A stretch of 64,000 nt of DNA, from assembly GCA_039621445.1 (NCBI GenBank), contig CP154954.1, positions 23,262,954 to 23,326,953 on the forward strand, read 5' to 3'. The translations under genes and the position numbers were made by a program. Shown here one piece after another: positions 34,524-46,258 of this stretch. Positions within the stretch are counted from its first letter, which is position 1. Each line of letters begins with the position of its first letter. Origin of the DNA: Euglena gracilis. Taxonomy: Eukaryota. The notes beneath the pieces are model-generated. The model saw nothing but the letters and a program-made list of their open reading frames with translations. It was not told where the DNA came from and searched no databases.

Positions 34524-36481
34524 ATGCGTCAAATGAAGATGAAAGTTATTCCAAGGCATCAACTGGCTTCATCATCAAGCCAAATACTCCCTGGAGAAGT
34601 GGTGCAGGTGTGCCAGCCTTTTTATGCAGTAAGCTCATTCATTTTTCCATTTTAGACTGCAGCCGATGCGGTGGCACCTGTGCCAGCACCGGCGAATCCT
34701 CCGGATGCTGTGGTGAATTCCGAGAATGTGGAAAGGGGCCGGCGAGGTTTTTCAAACGAATTTTAGGCTTGAAGTCATCAAGGTGTGGATGCGATGGTGC
34801 GGTTTCTTGCTCATTTTTGCCACATCTTCCGTATTATAAGGACAAGAAACACACTGTGAGGCAAACATAACACTTTCCAGAATTGAAAGACCGTCGGGTA
34901 ATCTCACATTGGTGCCAAGCTGAAGCGAAGATCCGAAAGTTGGTCTCGCTTGGCGAAGGAAAATGTAAAATTGTACGGTCCTTCAACAAGTGTGTGCATC
35001 CCCCCAAACAATGGATTCAAAACGTTAAAACGTTTGTTCCTAGGTATAAGGGGCTGGCCATTGCTCTGCATGACTTTTTTGTGAGTGTTCGAGAAGCACA
35101 CGGGGCGGTTAGCCGTTCGCTGCTTGAAGCGTATGCAAGGAGCTTGGGTGATGCTATTAACGTGACCGCCCCCTATATGGCACCCCCCCGGGCGCGTTTT
35201 TGCCCCCCCCCTGGCGAAAATTGGGGGTTTTACTCAATTTCCCCTCCTTGCCCATGGGTCCATGGGTACCCCCACCCCTAATTGTCGCCCCCCCCCCCTG
35301 TGCCTGGGACGCCGGTTCGGGCGGTAGCCCGAACCGGCGTCCCAGGCACAGGTTTCACGCCCGAACCGGCGTCTGGGACACAGTTTTTGAAACCGTGGCT
35401 AGGGGGCTCCGGTTTCATGCCCGAACCGGCGGCTGAGGAATCACGGCCAATTTTGCCCAAAATACCCATGTCTGGGGCAGTTTTTGGCTACTTTGGCCCA
35501 AATGGGCCGCCGGTCAAAAATGGCAGATTCCACACTTATGAAGCCATGTTACCCATTAATTGAAAGCTCTTCTCAAGGGCTTTCAACAGATGGCCACAGG
35601 ATTCGGCCATAATGCACGCGGCGCTTATTTTCAGCGATCGTGTATTCCAAAATTTGACATCCTAATTTGTCAAATCCCACAGCTCAGGTTGCATATTGCA
35701 TATCAAACGAAAGGTCTCGCCAACACCTTTCGCTTGGTACCCACAGAACTCAGCCAGATTGCAAAGCGCCCTCAAAATCACCGATCGCATTTTTCCGCAT
35801 TTTTCGGACCCCATTTGCACATCTGAAATTACACTTTTCAGCTGCCATGTTGCCCATCGATCGAAAGCTCTTCTCAAGGGCTTTCAGCAGATGGCCTTAG
35901 ATTTCTGCCATGCTTCGTGGTATTCTATTTCAGAAATTCTCCAAAATTGGCAAAACCCCCCAATTTTTGGCCCAAGACCACCCAAAAACTGCTCAAATAT
36001 GATTGCCACATGCCTACAAACCCTTTTGGACACTTTTTGGCACTTTTTATTTTGGGTCCCCCAGACGCCGGTTTCAATGGAATTGGGACGCAACGTAAAG
36101 ACAAGTTCTTTTCTTTCGGCGCTGGAGGTGTGAGTTTAAAATTGTGGACCGGCGCGTTTCAGGTTGTTTTTTTGAAAAAAATAATTTGCACCTTTGCAAC
36201 TCCCACCAGGAGTCCAACAGTTGCTCCCAGCGCTATACAAGGAGAGGATTGCTACATTTGGGGCACTGTTGTACTCCATCATGAAGGAGAAAACCATCAA
36301 GAGGATTATAGTTAGGGACGAGACGGCTGTGCGCGTGGAGGACGGCGAAAGTGACGGGGATGATGTGGACAACACAGAGGACACAACAATATGTGTTCGC
36401 TGTGGTGATCCACTGGAGCCTAACCGCCGGGTTCAATGCCCCAAATGCCGTGTGTGTGGCACCCGCGGTGCGTGTCTGTGA
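34524..36481 (+). pseudogene. pogo/Tc5-like transposase remnant: HTH region, first catalytic Asp, then an acidic stretch and Cys-rich tail; internally deleted and interrupted
   Basis: RRGFSNEF(R)LEVIKVW...VISHWCQAEAKIRK...RYKGLAIALHDFFVSVREAHGAVSRSLLEAYA, then QLLPALYKERIATF...IIVRDETAV; GT-AG intron 34608-34655. Confidence 0.65.
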
Positions 36482-36858
36482 ACTCCCAAGGATGTTGTTG
36501 TTTCTGTCCTTGATCCAGTGGATTGGATTGATCGCATGACTGTGAATGCGTGATTGTTTCATTGACCTTGTTTCTTTTATCGGTTTGAGGGTTTGAGGAC
36601 ACATTTCCTTTCTTCAACGACGCGAAGTCCTGGGCATGGGCATGGGCATGGGAACAGCTCGGGGGGGGGGGGGGGCATGGTAGCCCAATTGGCTGGCCGG
36701 CCTTCGGCCGGCTGGGCCGGCCTGTGGCCGGCTGGGCCGGCCTCCGGCCGGGCTGGACCCGACTTTATTTCACTTGACCCCCGGAGGGGGGGGGACCCCC
36801 CCCCCACCCCCCCAGAGCTGTTCCCCCCCCGTACTGTTCCCATTCCCGGGGACAGGAA

Positions 36859-38333
36859 TACCGGGGACCGACAATTACCGCGGGTGGGTAATTGCCGCGA
36901 CGACAATTACCGCGGGGTTTTACAACGCGCTGCCCCCGGGGCCCGCGGGGACAAACAACGCGCTATTCTGCGCAGCACTAAAAGCGGAGGGCCATATCCC
37001 GATGGCGGTCAAATCCACATCCCATGGACGGAACTACCGGTCTCGCTGCCCCGGGGACCGTTGAGTTTTCAGAGCAAAACACCATTCCCGCCCCCCCCCC
37101 CAAAATGCCGCCAGTGGGGAATAAAAAAAAACAGTTGGAACGGGCTTCTTTTTAAGTCAGAAGACCCCCCGGGGAGGAGGGTGGGTGGGTGCGGGCCCAA
37201 TTCCTTTGGGGGGGGGGAGGCGCGGGGTTTACCGTCCCCGCGCAAAGCGCCGAATTTTTTTGAAAATTGCCTTAAACGGGCCCGATTTTGGGGGGGTCCC
37301 ACGCCACTCTGGGACCCCTCCCGGGGGTCTTTAAAAAAAAGCCTGAACTAGAATAGTTAAAAAAAAACCTCTGGAGGTGCTTTTTTTTTGGTGTACAATT
37401 TGTTTCCAAGAAAAACAGGGGGCTCAACCGACTAAAATGACAAACTTTTTGTTGAAAAGAAAGAGTCATCCCCCCAGAAAAAGAAAAAGTTTCATTTTGG
37501 GAGACATATATCCTGAGTTGAATACTGATGCGAACTGTGTCAGATGTTGCACGAATGATGTCACAGAAATATCCAGAAGAAAACGTTCACAGGATTTGTT
37601 CTTGGGAAATCCTTTGTGAAGACATGCCACAGACAAATGAAATGATGCTAAATGATGGCACAGATGCATGCAGACATGTCACACCAAGTGGTCCCAAAAG
37701 TGACCCCAAAACTGGCCCCAAGACGTGAATGTGAATCAAACAACTGTAAAGCAAATCCTGATATACAGATCACCATTACACTGCAACAATATTGACAACA
37801 AAAAACCTTCGAGTTTCCAGGCACAGCAACAGGTCAGAAAACACACACGACGGCCATTCCAAACAACATGGAGCAGTTTAGCAGGGACATGCTCAGGTCC
37901 TGATTAATCCTTCCAATAAGTTCATTCCACGTCAAGCTGTGTAAGTCAGCATGGTGAATTCTCCACACCAGTAAAGATTCTTGAGAACAGTTGGACTGGT
38001 AAGAAGTTGAAACTTGATCTTGATAACATAAACTTGATAAACACATCCTTGTAACTTGAATCCCTCCAGTTTTCACTTCTCAGACATCTGATGTCCAAAA
38101 AAAAAGATTCTTTTCCAGGGCACGTTGCGTACCTGTGGACGGTTGGAGCATGGAAGGGAAAAAATAAGGAATGGCGGATCGTTCGCGATTTGGGTAATAG
38201 CACGGGGTTTATTAACGCGGGGTTTTTTAGCGCGCTTCGGCCGTGGAGCGCGCGGTAATACAGCGCGCCTAAAATGGCCGCGTTTAAGCCCGAGCGGGAA
38301 TTACCCACCCGCGGTAATTGTCGGTCCCCGGTA
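36859..38333. mobile_element. Non-autonomous TIR element, probable TA target duplication (Tc1/mariner/pogo type)
   Basis: Perfect ~35-bp inverted repeat taccggggaccgacaattaccgcgggtgggtaatt at both ends. Confidence 0.8.
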
Positions 38334-39189
38334 GCTCGGGGGGGGGGGGGAAACGCCTGGGTGGATCTCCGTACATACCAGGGGACATGCAACATCAACG
38401 CCAACGTTGCCCATTTGCGCGGGGCCCCAGCTCTTGACCTCGCAGTCGGGGATCCATCAGGTTCGCAGCACAAGCAAGCAATGTCAGCAGCAGGGAATTC
38501 TGGGATGGTTGGGTGCACGGATGGAGCCACGGCCAATAAAAACCCCCGTCAAGGTACCATTGCCAACAGGTACCATTGCCAACAGGCACCACCAAAGACC
38601 CCTGATATGTGAAGAACATCTCGTCCCGCTCCTCCACCAGGCTGTCCACCTTGCGTTGCTCTGCGGGGGCCAAGCAGCTCAACGTACCAGCCTAGGGTAC
38701 ACTGGGCCGCCTGCACGAACCCCACGAACGAACTGAGGTGCGTGGTCAGGCGGGCGAGTGCTCCGCCCAAAAGTGTTCACGGTTTCCCATTGGAGGCTAG
38801 GTAGTCCACTTCGGGACCCTGGACCGCCCCTCCCCCCTTCCCCCTGTTCAGTTCACTTCGGAAGTGAACAGGGGGTCCCGAGACCCCCCCCCCCCGTGTT
38901 CCTGGATGTACTTGTTCACTTCGGGAAAAAACCGAAAAACGGAACGACCGGCGAACACCGAAAAGGACATTTTTTTCAAAAAAGTTTCGGCCCCCCCTTC
39001 TCCAGGAAGGCAACATGTCAGTTCAGTTCGGAAGTGAACAGGGGTGTACCGAGGCTTGAAAAACTGTTTAACGTTCACAGTTTCCAAGTGGGAAATCGTG
39101 AACATAATTTTTTGAGAAAAATCATCAACAAAGAAAGAGGTTGTTGATGTACACAATGCGATCTCCACAGCCATGAAGTGCCATTAAAC

Positions 39190-41472
39190 AAATGGATGCT
39201 CAGATGCCTGATCCCCCCACCGTCGACCAATTTGAGGCAGTTTTGCGCCCCACCATGTCCTTAGGAAGGTCAACGGTTGATGCCCTTTTGGGCTCTCTTC
39301 CAACCAGTGGTGATCAGAAGAAAAAAAATATCCCCAAGAACCACACTATAATGAAGGCTATCCAATATTTGGATATTTGCAAGCCGCTTGCAGGTCGAAT
39401 GGCTGAAACCAGGCTTTGCCGACGGGTGCAAAACTTATTCCATCGTGAACTTGTCCAACGTGTTGACCCAACCCTCAGGACGGGACCGGTTGACCCCAAA
39501 GGAATGGAAACGACTGGAGTTGGAGGTCTGTGTCCAATTCCTTCTATCTTATTTACTGTACACCAGTGGTGTAGAAACAATTTTTTTCTCGGGGGGGGGG
39601 GGGGGGGGGGAGATCCTGGACAGAAGCGAAGTTAGCGCCAGCCATAAACAGACAAGAAGCCTTAGGGGTGTTCCCCCGTGACCTCCCCCCCCCCCCGTGA
39701 CCATAGTTGGCGTTTTTTTGTCTTTTTTTAAAAAAAACCAAAGCAACGTGTTTTTTCTGAAAAAAAAACGCCAAAAAACAAAAGAGAAATTTCATTAAAA
39801 AAATTGTTATGAAACACCAAACCATACTTCGAATCCGACTAAGTTCAAAAACTGCCAAAAAAAAAGTCAAAAACATCTAAAACTGCAAAAAAATTGCAAC
39901 TTTATGACTTTTTCATTTTTGTGGAAAAATTTTTTTTGGCAGAAATGACCCAGAAGTTGCCAAAAATGGTTGAAAATATGCATTCAAAATTTTTTTTGTG
40001 CAAAACCTTGTGGGCATTCTTTCATTCATTTCAAGAAAAGGGATTACATGAAAATCCTTTAGAAATGCAAGCATTCTGCATCCGAAGGGCAGAAAAGTCC
40101 CACCTCCACCCCCACCCGAGCCTCAAATCTCTCCTATGTTGGCAACATACTCGGGGGCTAAGTCGTTTTTGTGGCTCGCTTTGGCATTGGCGGGGGGGGG
40201 GGGGACTCCGCCCCTTCTCGGATAACAAAATCCCTTCTATGTTGGCAACATACTTGGCGGGGTAAGTCCTTTTTGTGCGAAATTTTGCCGTAATATTGAA
40301 AATCCAACGGGAGAGGTGTTCTTTTGCCAAAAGTGGCCCAAAATGGGCATTTCCCCCCCAAGTTTTTGCATATTCACCCCCGATTGGGGGGTTTTGGAGC
40401 CACCTGGGTGCGTTTTGGCTGGTGTTGGGGTGATTTGGACAAAAGTTTTTTTCAGGGGGGGGTAGTCGGCTGACTACCCACTACCCCCCTCCCCCCACCC
40501 CGTCTTGCCGACTAGTTACCGACCAGGCCCAGTCGGCCGACCAATTGGGTAGTCGGCCGACCACCCACTAGCGGGGGCTCGAGGTGTGTTTTTTTCCCTG
40601 GACCCAGGGGGCAGTGTGAAGGGTGATGTTGTTGATGAGGTTTATGCCCTTGGGCTCTCGAACAGTTTCATACGTCGCGCGATTTGGCCACAAAAATGAT
40701 CGGTAGACAAGGATGAGGTTTATTTTTTTTGCTGGGGGGGTGGGAGGGCGGCCCCCTCCGGGCACTCGAACAGTTTCATATGCCGCGCGACTTGACCACA
40801 AAGCGCGATTTGGCCACAAAAATGATCGATCAGAAGAAATAACACCCATATTTCCGGGGCTATGGTGGGTGAGGGGGGGGGTGAGAGAGGGGGGGTGAGG
40901 GGTGAGGGGTGGGTGAGGGGTGGGGTAGGGGTGGGTGAGGGTGAGGGTGGGTGAGGGGGCCCCACTTTGTGCCATAACTCGACTTATTTGACAGAATTGT
41001 GTGGACAGCATATTTTTTTTCGAAGAATGTGAAACGTTTTCTCGGCGCAAAACGGCATCAATTGTGAAGTTCACCGGGGGGGGTCCGCACCCCCCCCCCT
41101 CCCGTACTGCCTAACCTCCCTTATGTGCACCCCCCATACCTCACCCACCACTCACCCCCCAACCCTCACCCCCCCTCACCCCCCCCTCACCCACCCCCAC
41201 CCCCCCACACACCCCCCCCCCTCACCCACCCCTCACCCCGGGTGAGGGGGCCCCACTTTGTGCCATATGTGAATAAGTCAGTGGATCCCCCCCGTCGTTA
41301 AAAAAAAAACCCTGCCTGGGACGTATCCCAGCTGCCCCCCCCCCCCCCGACAAGTTCTGGGACGACACCAAGTTGTGTGTGCTGGGCAGGGGAAAAAAAA
41401 TCTCTGCTGCCGACCTCCACCGCTGATGTCGAGCGCCTATGGTCCCTTGTTGGCCACCTCTCTGAGGGCCGC
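39190..41472 (+). pseudogene. hAT-like transposase fragments
   Basis: LTPKEWKRLELEVCVQFL (~39490-39545) and dimerisation-like SLLPTSTADVERLWSLVGHLSEGR (41401-41472). Confidence 0.5.
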
Positions 41473-41557
41473 GAACACGCAGTGCTGGAAAGGAAATCCC
41501 CCCTTAGTTGCACTAAGGCTTCTTGTCTGTTTATGGCTGGCGCTAACTTCGCTTCTG
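39621..41557. mobile_element. TIR element with perfect 45-bp CAG...CTG inverted ends
   Basis: cagaagcgaagttagcgccagccataaacagacaagaagccttag and its exact reverse complement at 41513-41557. Confidence 0.85.
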
Positions 41558-42019
41558 GCCCAGTTTGCTGCGTGGTGAGTGGGAAATCCCCGCCCCCCTG
41601 TTGGGCCTGTCATAATTGTTTTTTTCCCCTTTCGGCCCAGGGTTTGGAGATCGTACTGCTGAAAATTTCTGAAAGAGTGATATTTTTGATATTTTTCGCC
41701 ATTTTGGGGGGGGTCCAGGGTTTGGACAGTCCGGTTTTTTTTTTGAACCCAGGGTTTGGACAGTGTTCCCCTTGGCCAACTTTCCGGCTCTGTTGCTGGC
41801 TCATGGCGGACAACTTTCATAAAGAACCATTCGTAAAACAAAATCAGGTTTCAGCTGCCCCTGGGTTTATTTTTCAGGCATTCCATTGTTCATCCAATTA
41901 CTCTGCTGTTTGTCTCTGTTACGGATGCCCGAGACTCAGTTTTAGTTCGTTCCGCTGCTTTAGGGGTTGGGGGGCATTCCTGATGTTAAGGTTGTGTTTA
42001 TAGCAACATGGCTTTGGTC

Positions 42020-42115
42020 AAAGTCTGTGTTTCTAAACACAGACTTTGCCGTGCCGGAGTCTGTGTTTAGAAACACAGACTCTGACCTAAGTCTGTGTTT
42101 CTAAACACGGACTCC
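42020..42115. repeat. Three tandem palindromes (agtctgtgtt...aaacacagact)
   Basis: Directly visible. Confidence 0.8.
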
Positions 42116-42556
42116 GACCTAGAAAACTGTGTTCACAATATCTGGACCCCGAAACCAGCATTCCGGTCGCAAAAGGGAGGACATTTGTCAATCATAAAAA
42201 CAGACATTTATCCTTGTCAGTCAGAAACCTAGGGAGTTATTTACATCGGTTTTGTCAAAAATGTTACGGCGAGACCATTAGAGCATTAATGCTGCCCCGT
42301 CATTTATGGACCCGGCGTTTCTCTATTGATGGCTGGAACAAGCAAGCGTCTGCGGATTCAGCAGAAACAACACTGTCCCTGGGCGTTGTTCGCCGACCAT
42401 GAAGGAGGTTTGCTTTGCTCCTTCCCCCCGTTGGCGAGTAAAAAACACCGCGGCACCGTAGTTCAAACACCAGGAAAACATTTCCTTCAACTTCCAAAAC
42501 TGACGGGGGAAGGAGACCAGCAAGATGAACATCACAAAAAAACAATTATGCCCTTT

Positions 42557-42830
42557 TCTGGCCATGACCTGTGGCCTAAAACTGGCCACGAGTTTTGCGT
42601 GGCCAAACGACCTGTGACCCAAAACTGGCCATGACCTGTGGCCCAAAATTGGCCACGACCTATGACCCAAAACTGGCCACCACCTGTGGCCAAAACTGGA
42701 CACGACCTGTGGCCCAAAACTGGCCAGCACATCTGGCCCAAAACTGGCCAGGACATCTGGCCCAAAACTGGACAGATGTGCTGGCCCAAAACTGGCAAGC
42801 ACATCTGTCCACCACATCTGGCCCAAACCT
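42557..42830. repeat. ~22-bp minisatellite (tggcccaaaactggcc-variable)
   Basis: About 12 imperfect copies. Confidence 0.85.
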
Positions 42831-44189
42831 TTCCCAAGATGTGGCATCAAAAAATGATTCAAATCTTTGTAAAGCAAATCAAAACCAGATTACCATTTCG
42901 TTGAAAACAAAACGGACAGACAAAAAAACAATTTTCAAGATTCTAGTCACAGCAACAGGAATCAGAAAATATACACGGTGTCTCTGATGGTCGTAACAAA
43001 AACAAAATGGAACAGTTTAGTAGGGACATGTTCAGGTCCAGAAAACCAACTTCCACTGACTTCATTTCACCTCAAGCACAGAACAATTGCTTGCCAGTGA
43101 GATCTGCGAGAGAAAAGTACATTCACCGACAGAATTGTTTGGCAAACCTTTGTAATCAGCGGGGCAAACCTTTGTAATCTTCACACTACAAATCCAACAC
43201 AAAGTTTCCATCCAGCCATCCATGGCGATGGTGCACTTCCAGTTCTTGATGAACTCCTTCACAGCTTGTGCACAAAGTGAACCAGCCGAGCAGCGGTGCC
43301 CTGTATGTATAAGGTGTTGCCTAGGAGGATCACTCCGAGCCAAAGTCCTGTGATGGTAAGAGAAATGTACAGCGGTGAGTATACAACAGTGTGGTGAGAA
43401 AATGTACGACGTTCGAGTCAGGTGAGAGCTATTTACAACACAACGTAAAATCGTCGTCGGGGAAGGGAAGGGATAGAGGGAGTACACCGCAAAACACCTC
43501 CGCTTTGAAAATGAGCAAAGCCCACTTTCTCCTGCCCTGTAGGAGGGCGGACATTAATAAGGGATGGGCCATTCCCAACGCGGACCGGGGTTTCTGTTTT
43601 TGACAAATGTCTGAATGTCATATTACGGTCAATTGTCTGTCAGAAACCCTTGTCATTTGTCAAAATTGGGAATGCTGCCCGAAACATCCCAATGATGCAG
43701 AAATAAATGCCAGGACATCTTGAAACCCCAAGGCTGCCCGAATGGAGTTGGACATATTTTTTCTGTCCCAAGTGGCCCAGAGGGTGGTTCCCCAAAAAGA
43801 TCACCATACAAGGCAACATCCAGTGGTTCCTCTTGGTGCTCATCAATTTTTGGAACCTACCAAAGAACTCTTCGACCGTGGGTGCAGCGCCCAGAGCATC
43901 CTTAGCAACGTTGCAAAGTGCAGCAGGCCAAAATTCAGGAGACGATGTCATCTTTCACCTCTATTCCCATATTTAACTGTAATGTTACCACTATTTCAAA
44001 AGGATTCTAGTTGAAGACCACAGACGGCGGCCAAAATCTGCCCGGCGGCCACATATTCTTATTCCGAAACTTCCAACAGTCCCAGATCTGTACAGCGGAT
44101 CCCAATTCAGCTTCGCTTGGACTTTCTCCAGAAGGAGGTCTCCAGACATCTCCTTTGATTCCCCACTATTTTTGAGAAAATTTAGAAGA

Positions 44190-45075
44190 AGTGGGTTTTT
44201 GACCCAAAACAGGGCCGAAAACAGCTAAGTCGCAAGCCTGCACGCTGTTTTGGACCGTATATCAGCCATATTTCGGGCCAGGCGGGGAGTTGTGGGGAAA
44301 TCAAAATACTGGTAGATAGGGCGTTCCAAGGGCTTCAATTTAGGTCTCCGAACATTTCCTTTGAGTTTGCTTCATTTTTGAGATATTTTGAAAACATCAA
44401 TTTTTTGACCCCGAAAGCAGCCCAAAATGGCCCCCTGAAATGGCCAAATTTGGCCGAAAAATGGCCGTAGCTCGGGCCACACAAAGAGTTGGGCATTCCA
44501 AGGGCTTCATTTTTGCTCTCCGGACACTTTCTTTGATTTTTCTTCACTGTTGAGATATTTTGGAAATCCCGGTTTTTTTTACCAAAAAAAAACGGTCCCA
44601 AAAATGCCCCAAAATGGTCGTTTTGGGCCGCGTGTCGGCGGCCAAAACGGCGAACGGGGGGCGATAGAGGGCATCCAGGGGTACATTTCATCAGTGGGAC
44701 ACTTCTGGAAATAATGTACGTTTTCTCGGGATATTTTTGAAAAATTGTTTTTTTTTGACCGATTTTTGGACCCCGGCGAAATGGCAGAGTCGGAAGAGGG
44801 GGGGGGGCAATCCCACTCAGTTTGGACCCCTTCGTGCGTGAATAACTCGGGCCTGGCGGGGAGTTGGGGGTCAAACAGAGGTGATTCGGAAACTAGAAAT
44901 CCAGTCGCTCGCAACTGAAAAAAAAATCCGGGAACCGGGCTGGGGTCATGGTGATAACCCGCGGTTTTCACAGTGTACCCCGAGGGAGGGGAGGGCGGGG
45001 GGGGGGTGTCAAACCCCCCCTTTTCCCCGGTGGTAAGCTTCGCTTTTACCCATAAAGGGATAAGAGCTCAGCGAC
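44190..45075. mobile_element. Dispersed single copy of the element family that forms the tandem arrays at 52-64 kb
   Basis: Shares gggcgttccaagggcttcaatttaggtctc, tttggaccccttcg.gcgtgaataactcggg and the terminal ggtaagcttcgct...taagagctcagcgac. Confidence 0.8.
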
Positions 45076-46204
45076 CTTCCTGTGCTGTTCCCATGGGCCA
45101 CGAACTCAAACCAAGTTAGACCCAAAAGGCCCCCAAAATGCCAAAATGAAGCCTTTTTGGTTCGCATGCTTGAAAATTGCACCTCCCCAACATCCATTTG
45201 GGCGTTTGTTCGGAATTTGACTGGAACCAACCAAAAAAATTCCATTTTCTCTTCTTGTTCCAAGAATCCTTACAAAAAATGGCTTGACACTGTACCCGTC
45301 GTTCCGGGTTTTTGGGGTTTCCGGAAGTGAACAAGTACAGCCAGGTACCCCCTCCTTTATTTGACCCCCCCTTAATTGAGCATTTGGGTCCAGGAATTTT
45401 TTTTTCATGCGCAAAGGTGCCGAAATTTTTTTTGCCCTCTCTCCAAAGGAATTCCTGACACCCCCCTCTTATTTGACCCCCCCATTTGAGCATTTGGGTG
45501 TCCTTTGGCCCGTGGGTGTGCTCAAATAAAGGGGGGGTACACGGGGGGGGGGTCTCGGGACCCCCCCTGTTCACTTCCAAATGAACAAGGGAGGGTCCGG
45601 GGTCCCGAAGTGGATTACCTAGCCTCCACAATACCCCCAATTAATTGCTAATTGAGACCCAAAAAAACACAAAGCGAGTCCAGTAGGAGGTTTGGCATTT
45701 TACAAGGACACTCGCCACAGGGGGGTTCCCATTTTGCCATGTCAAAGGCGTTGGCCTACCAGGGGGGGGTTCCTATGGTAGAGAGCACATGTTGGTTCGA
45801 TTTTGGCGGACTGGTTTCCCGATGCAAAGTTTTCCGCAGCGCCCCGGCTAGACCTGCGGCGCACCCCTTGGACAGTGGGGGGGGGCAACTGTGCAGGGGA
45901 GAGGGGGGCATGTGTACTGCCAACACTCCTTTTGTGGAAAACAACCAAAAGCATTGGTGCTGCAGTCATTTTAGCTGGATTCGGGTTCAACCTTGCGATC
46001 AAGGGAAATTTGGTATCATCCTTTTTGCTTTTATTTTTTTTGCTATTTTTTTATTATTTTCTTTAATAAAAAGCAAAAAAGTGTTTTTTTTTTAAAAGAA
46101 ATGCCAGATGGAGGACAACTTCGCCCCATTTTTTCCGAAAAAAGCAAGAAAAAATTGGGGTGTTGAGGACATCTTGCCCATCTTTGTGTGGTGGATTCCC
46201 ACCC

Positions 46205-46219
46205 ACCCACACACACTCG

Positions 46220-46256
<37 letters not shown>
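46205..46256. repeat. (CA)n/(CG)n microsatellite
   Basis: Directly visible. Confidence 0.9.

Positions 46257-46258
<2 letters not shown>

Larger units (their letters stand above)
38791..45628. mobile_element. Large composite TIR element (~100-bp imperfect TIRs) containing hAT-like fragments and nested repeats
   Basis: tggaggctaggtagtccacttcgggaccc pairs with gggtcccgaagtggattacctagcctcca; no TSD found. Confidence 0.65.

Noticed and set aside
42557-42830. Repeat with variable linker as a CRISPR array
   Set aside because: Variable parts are only a few nucleotides and related to one another; it is a minisatellite.
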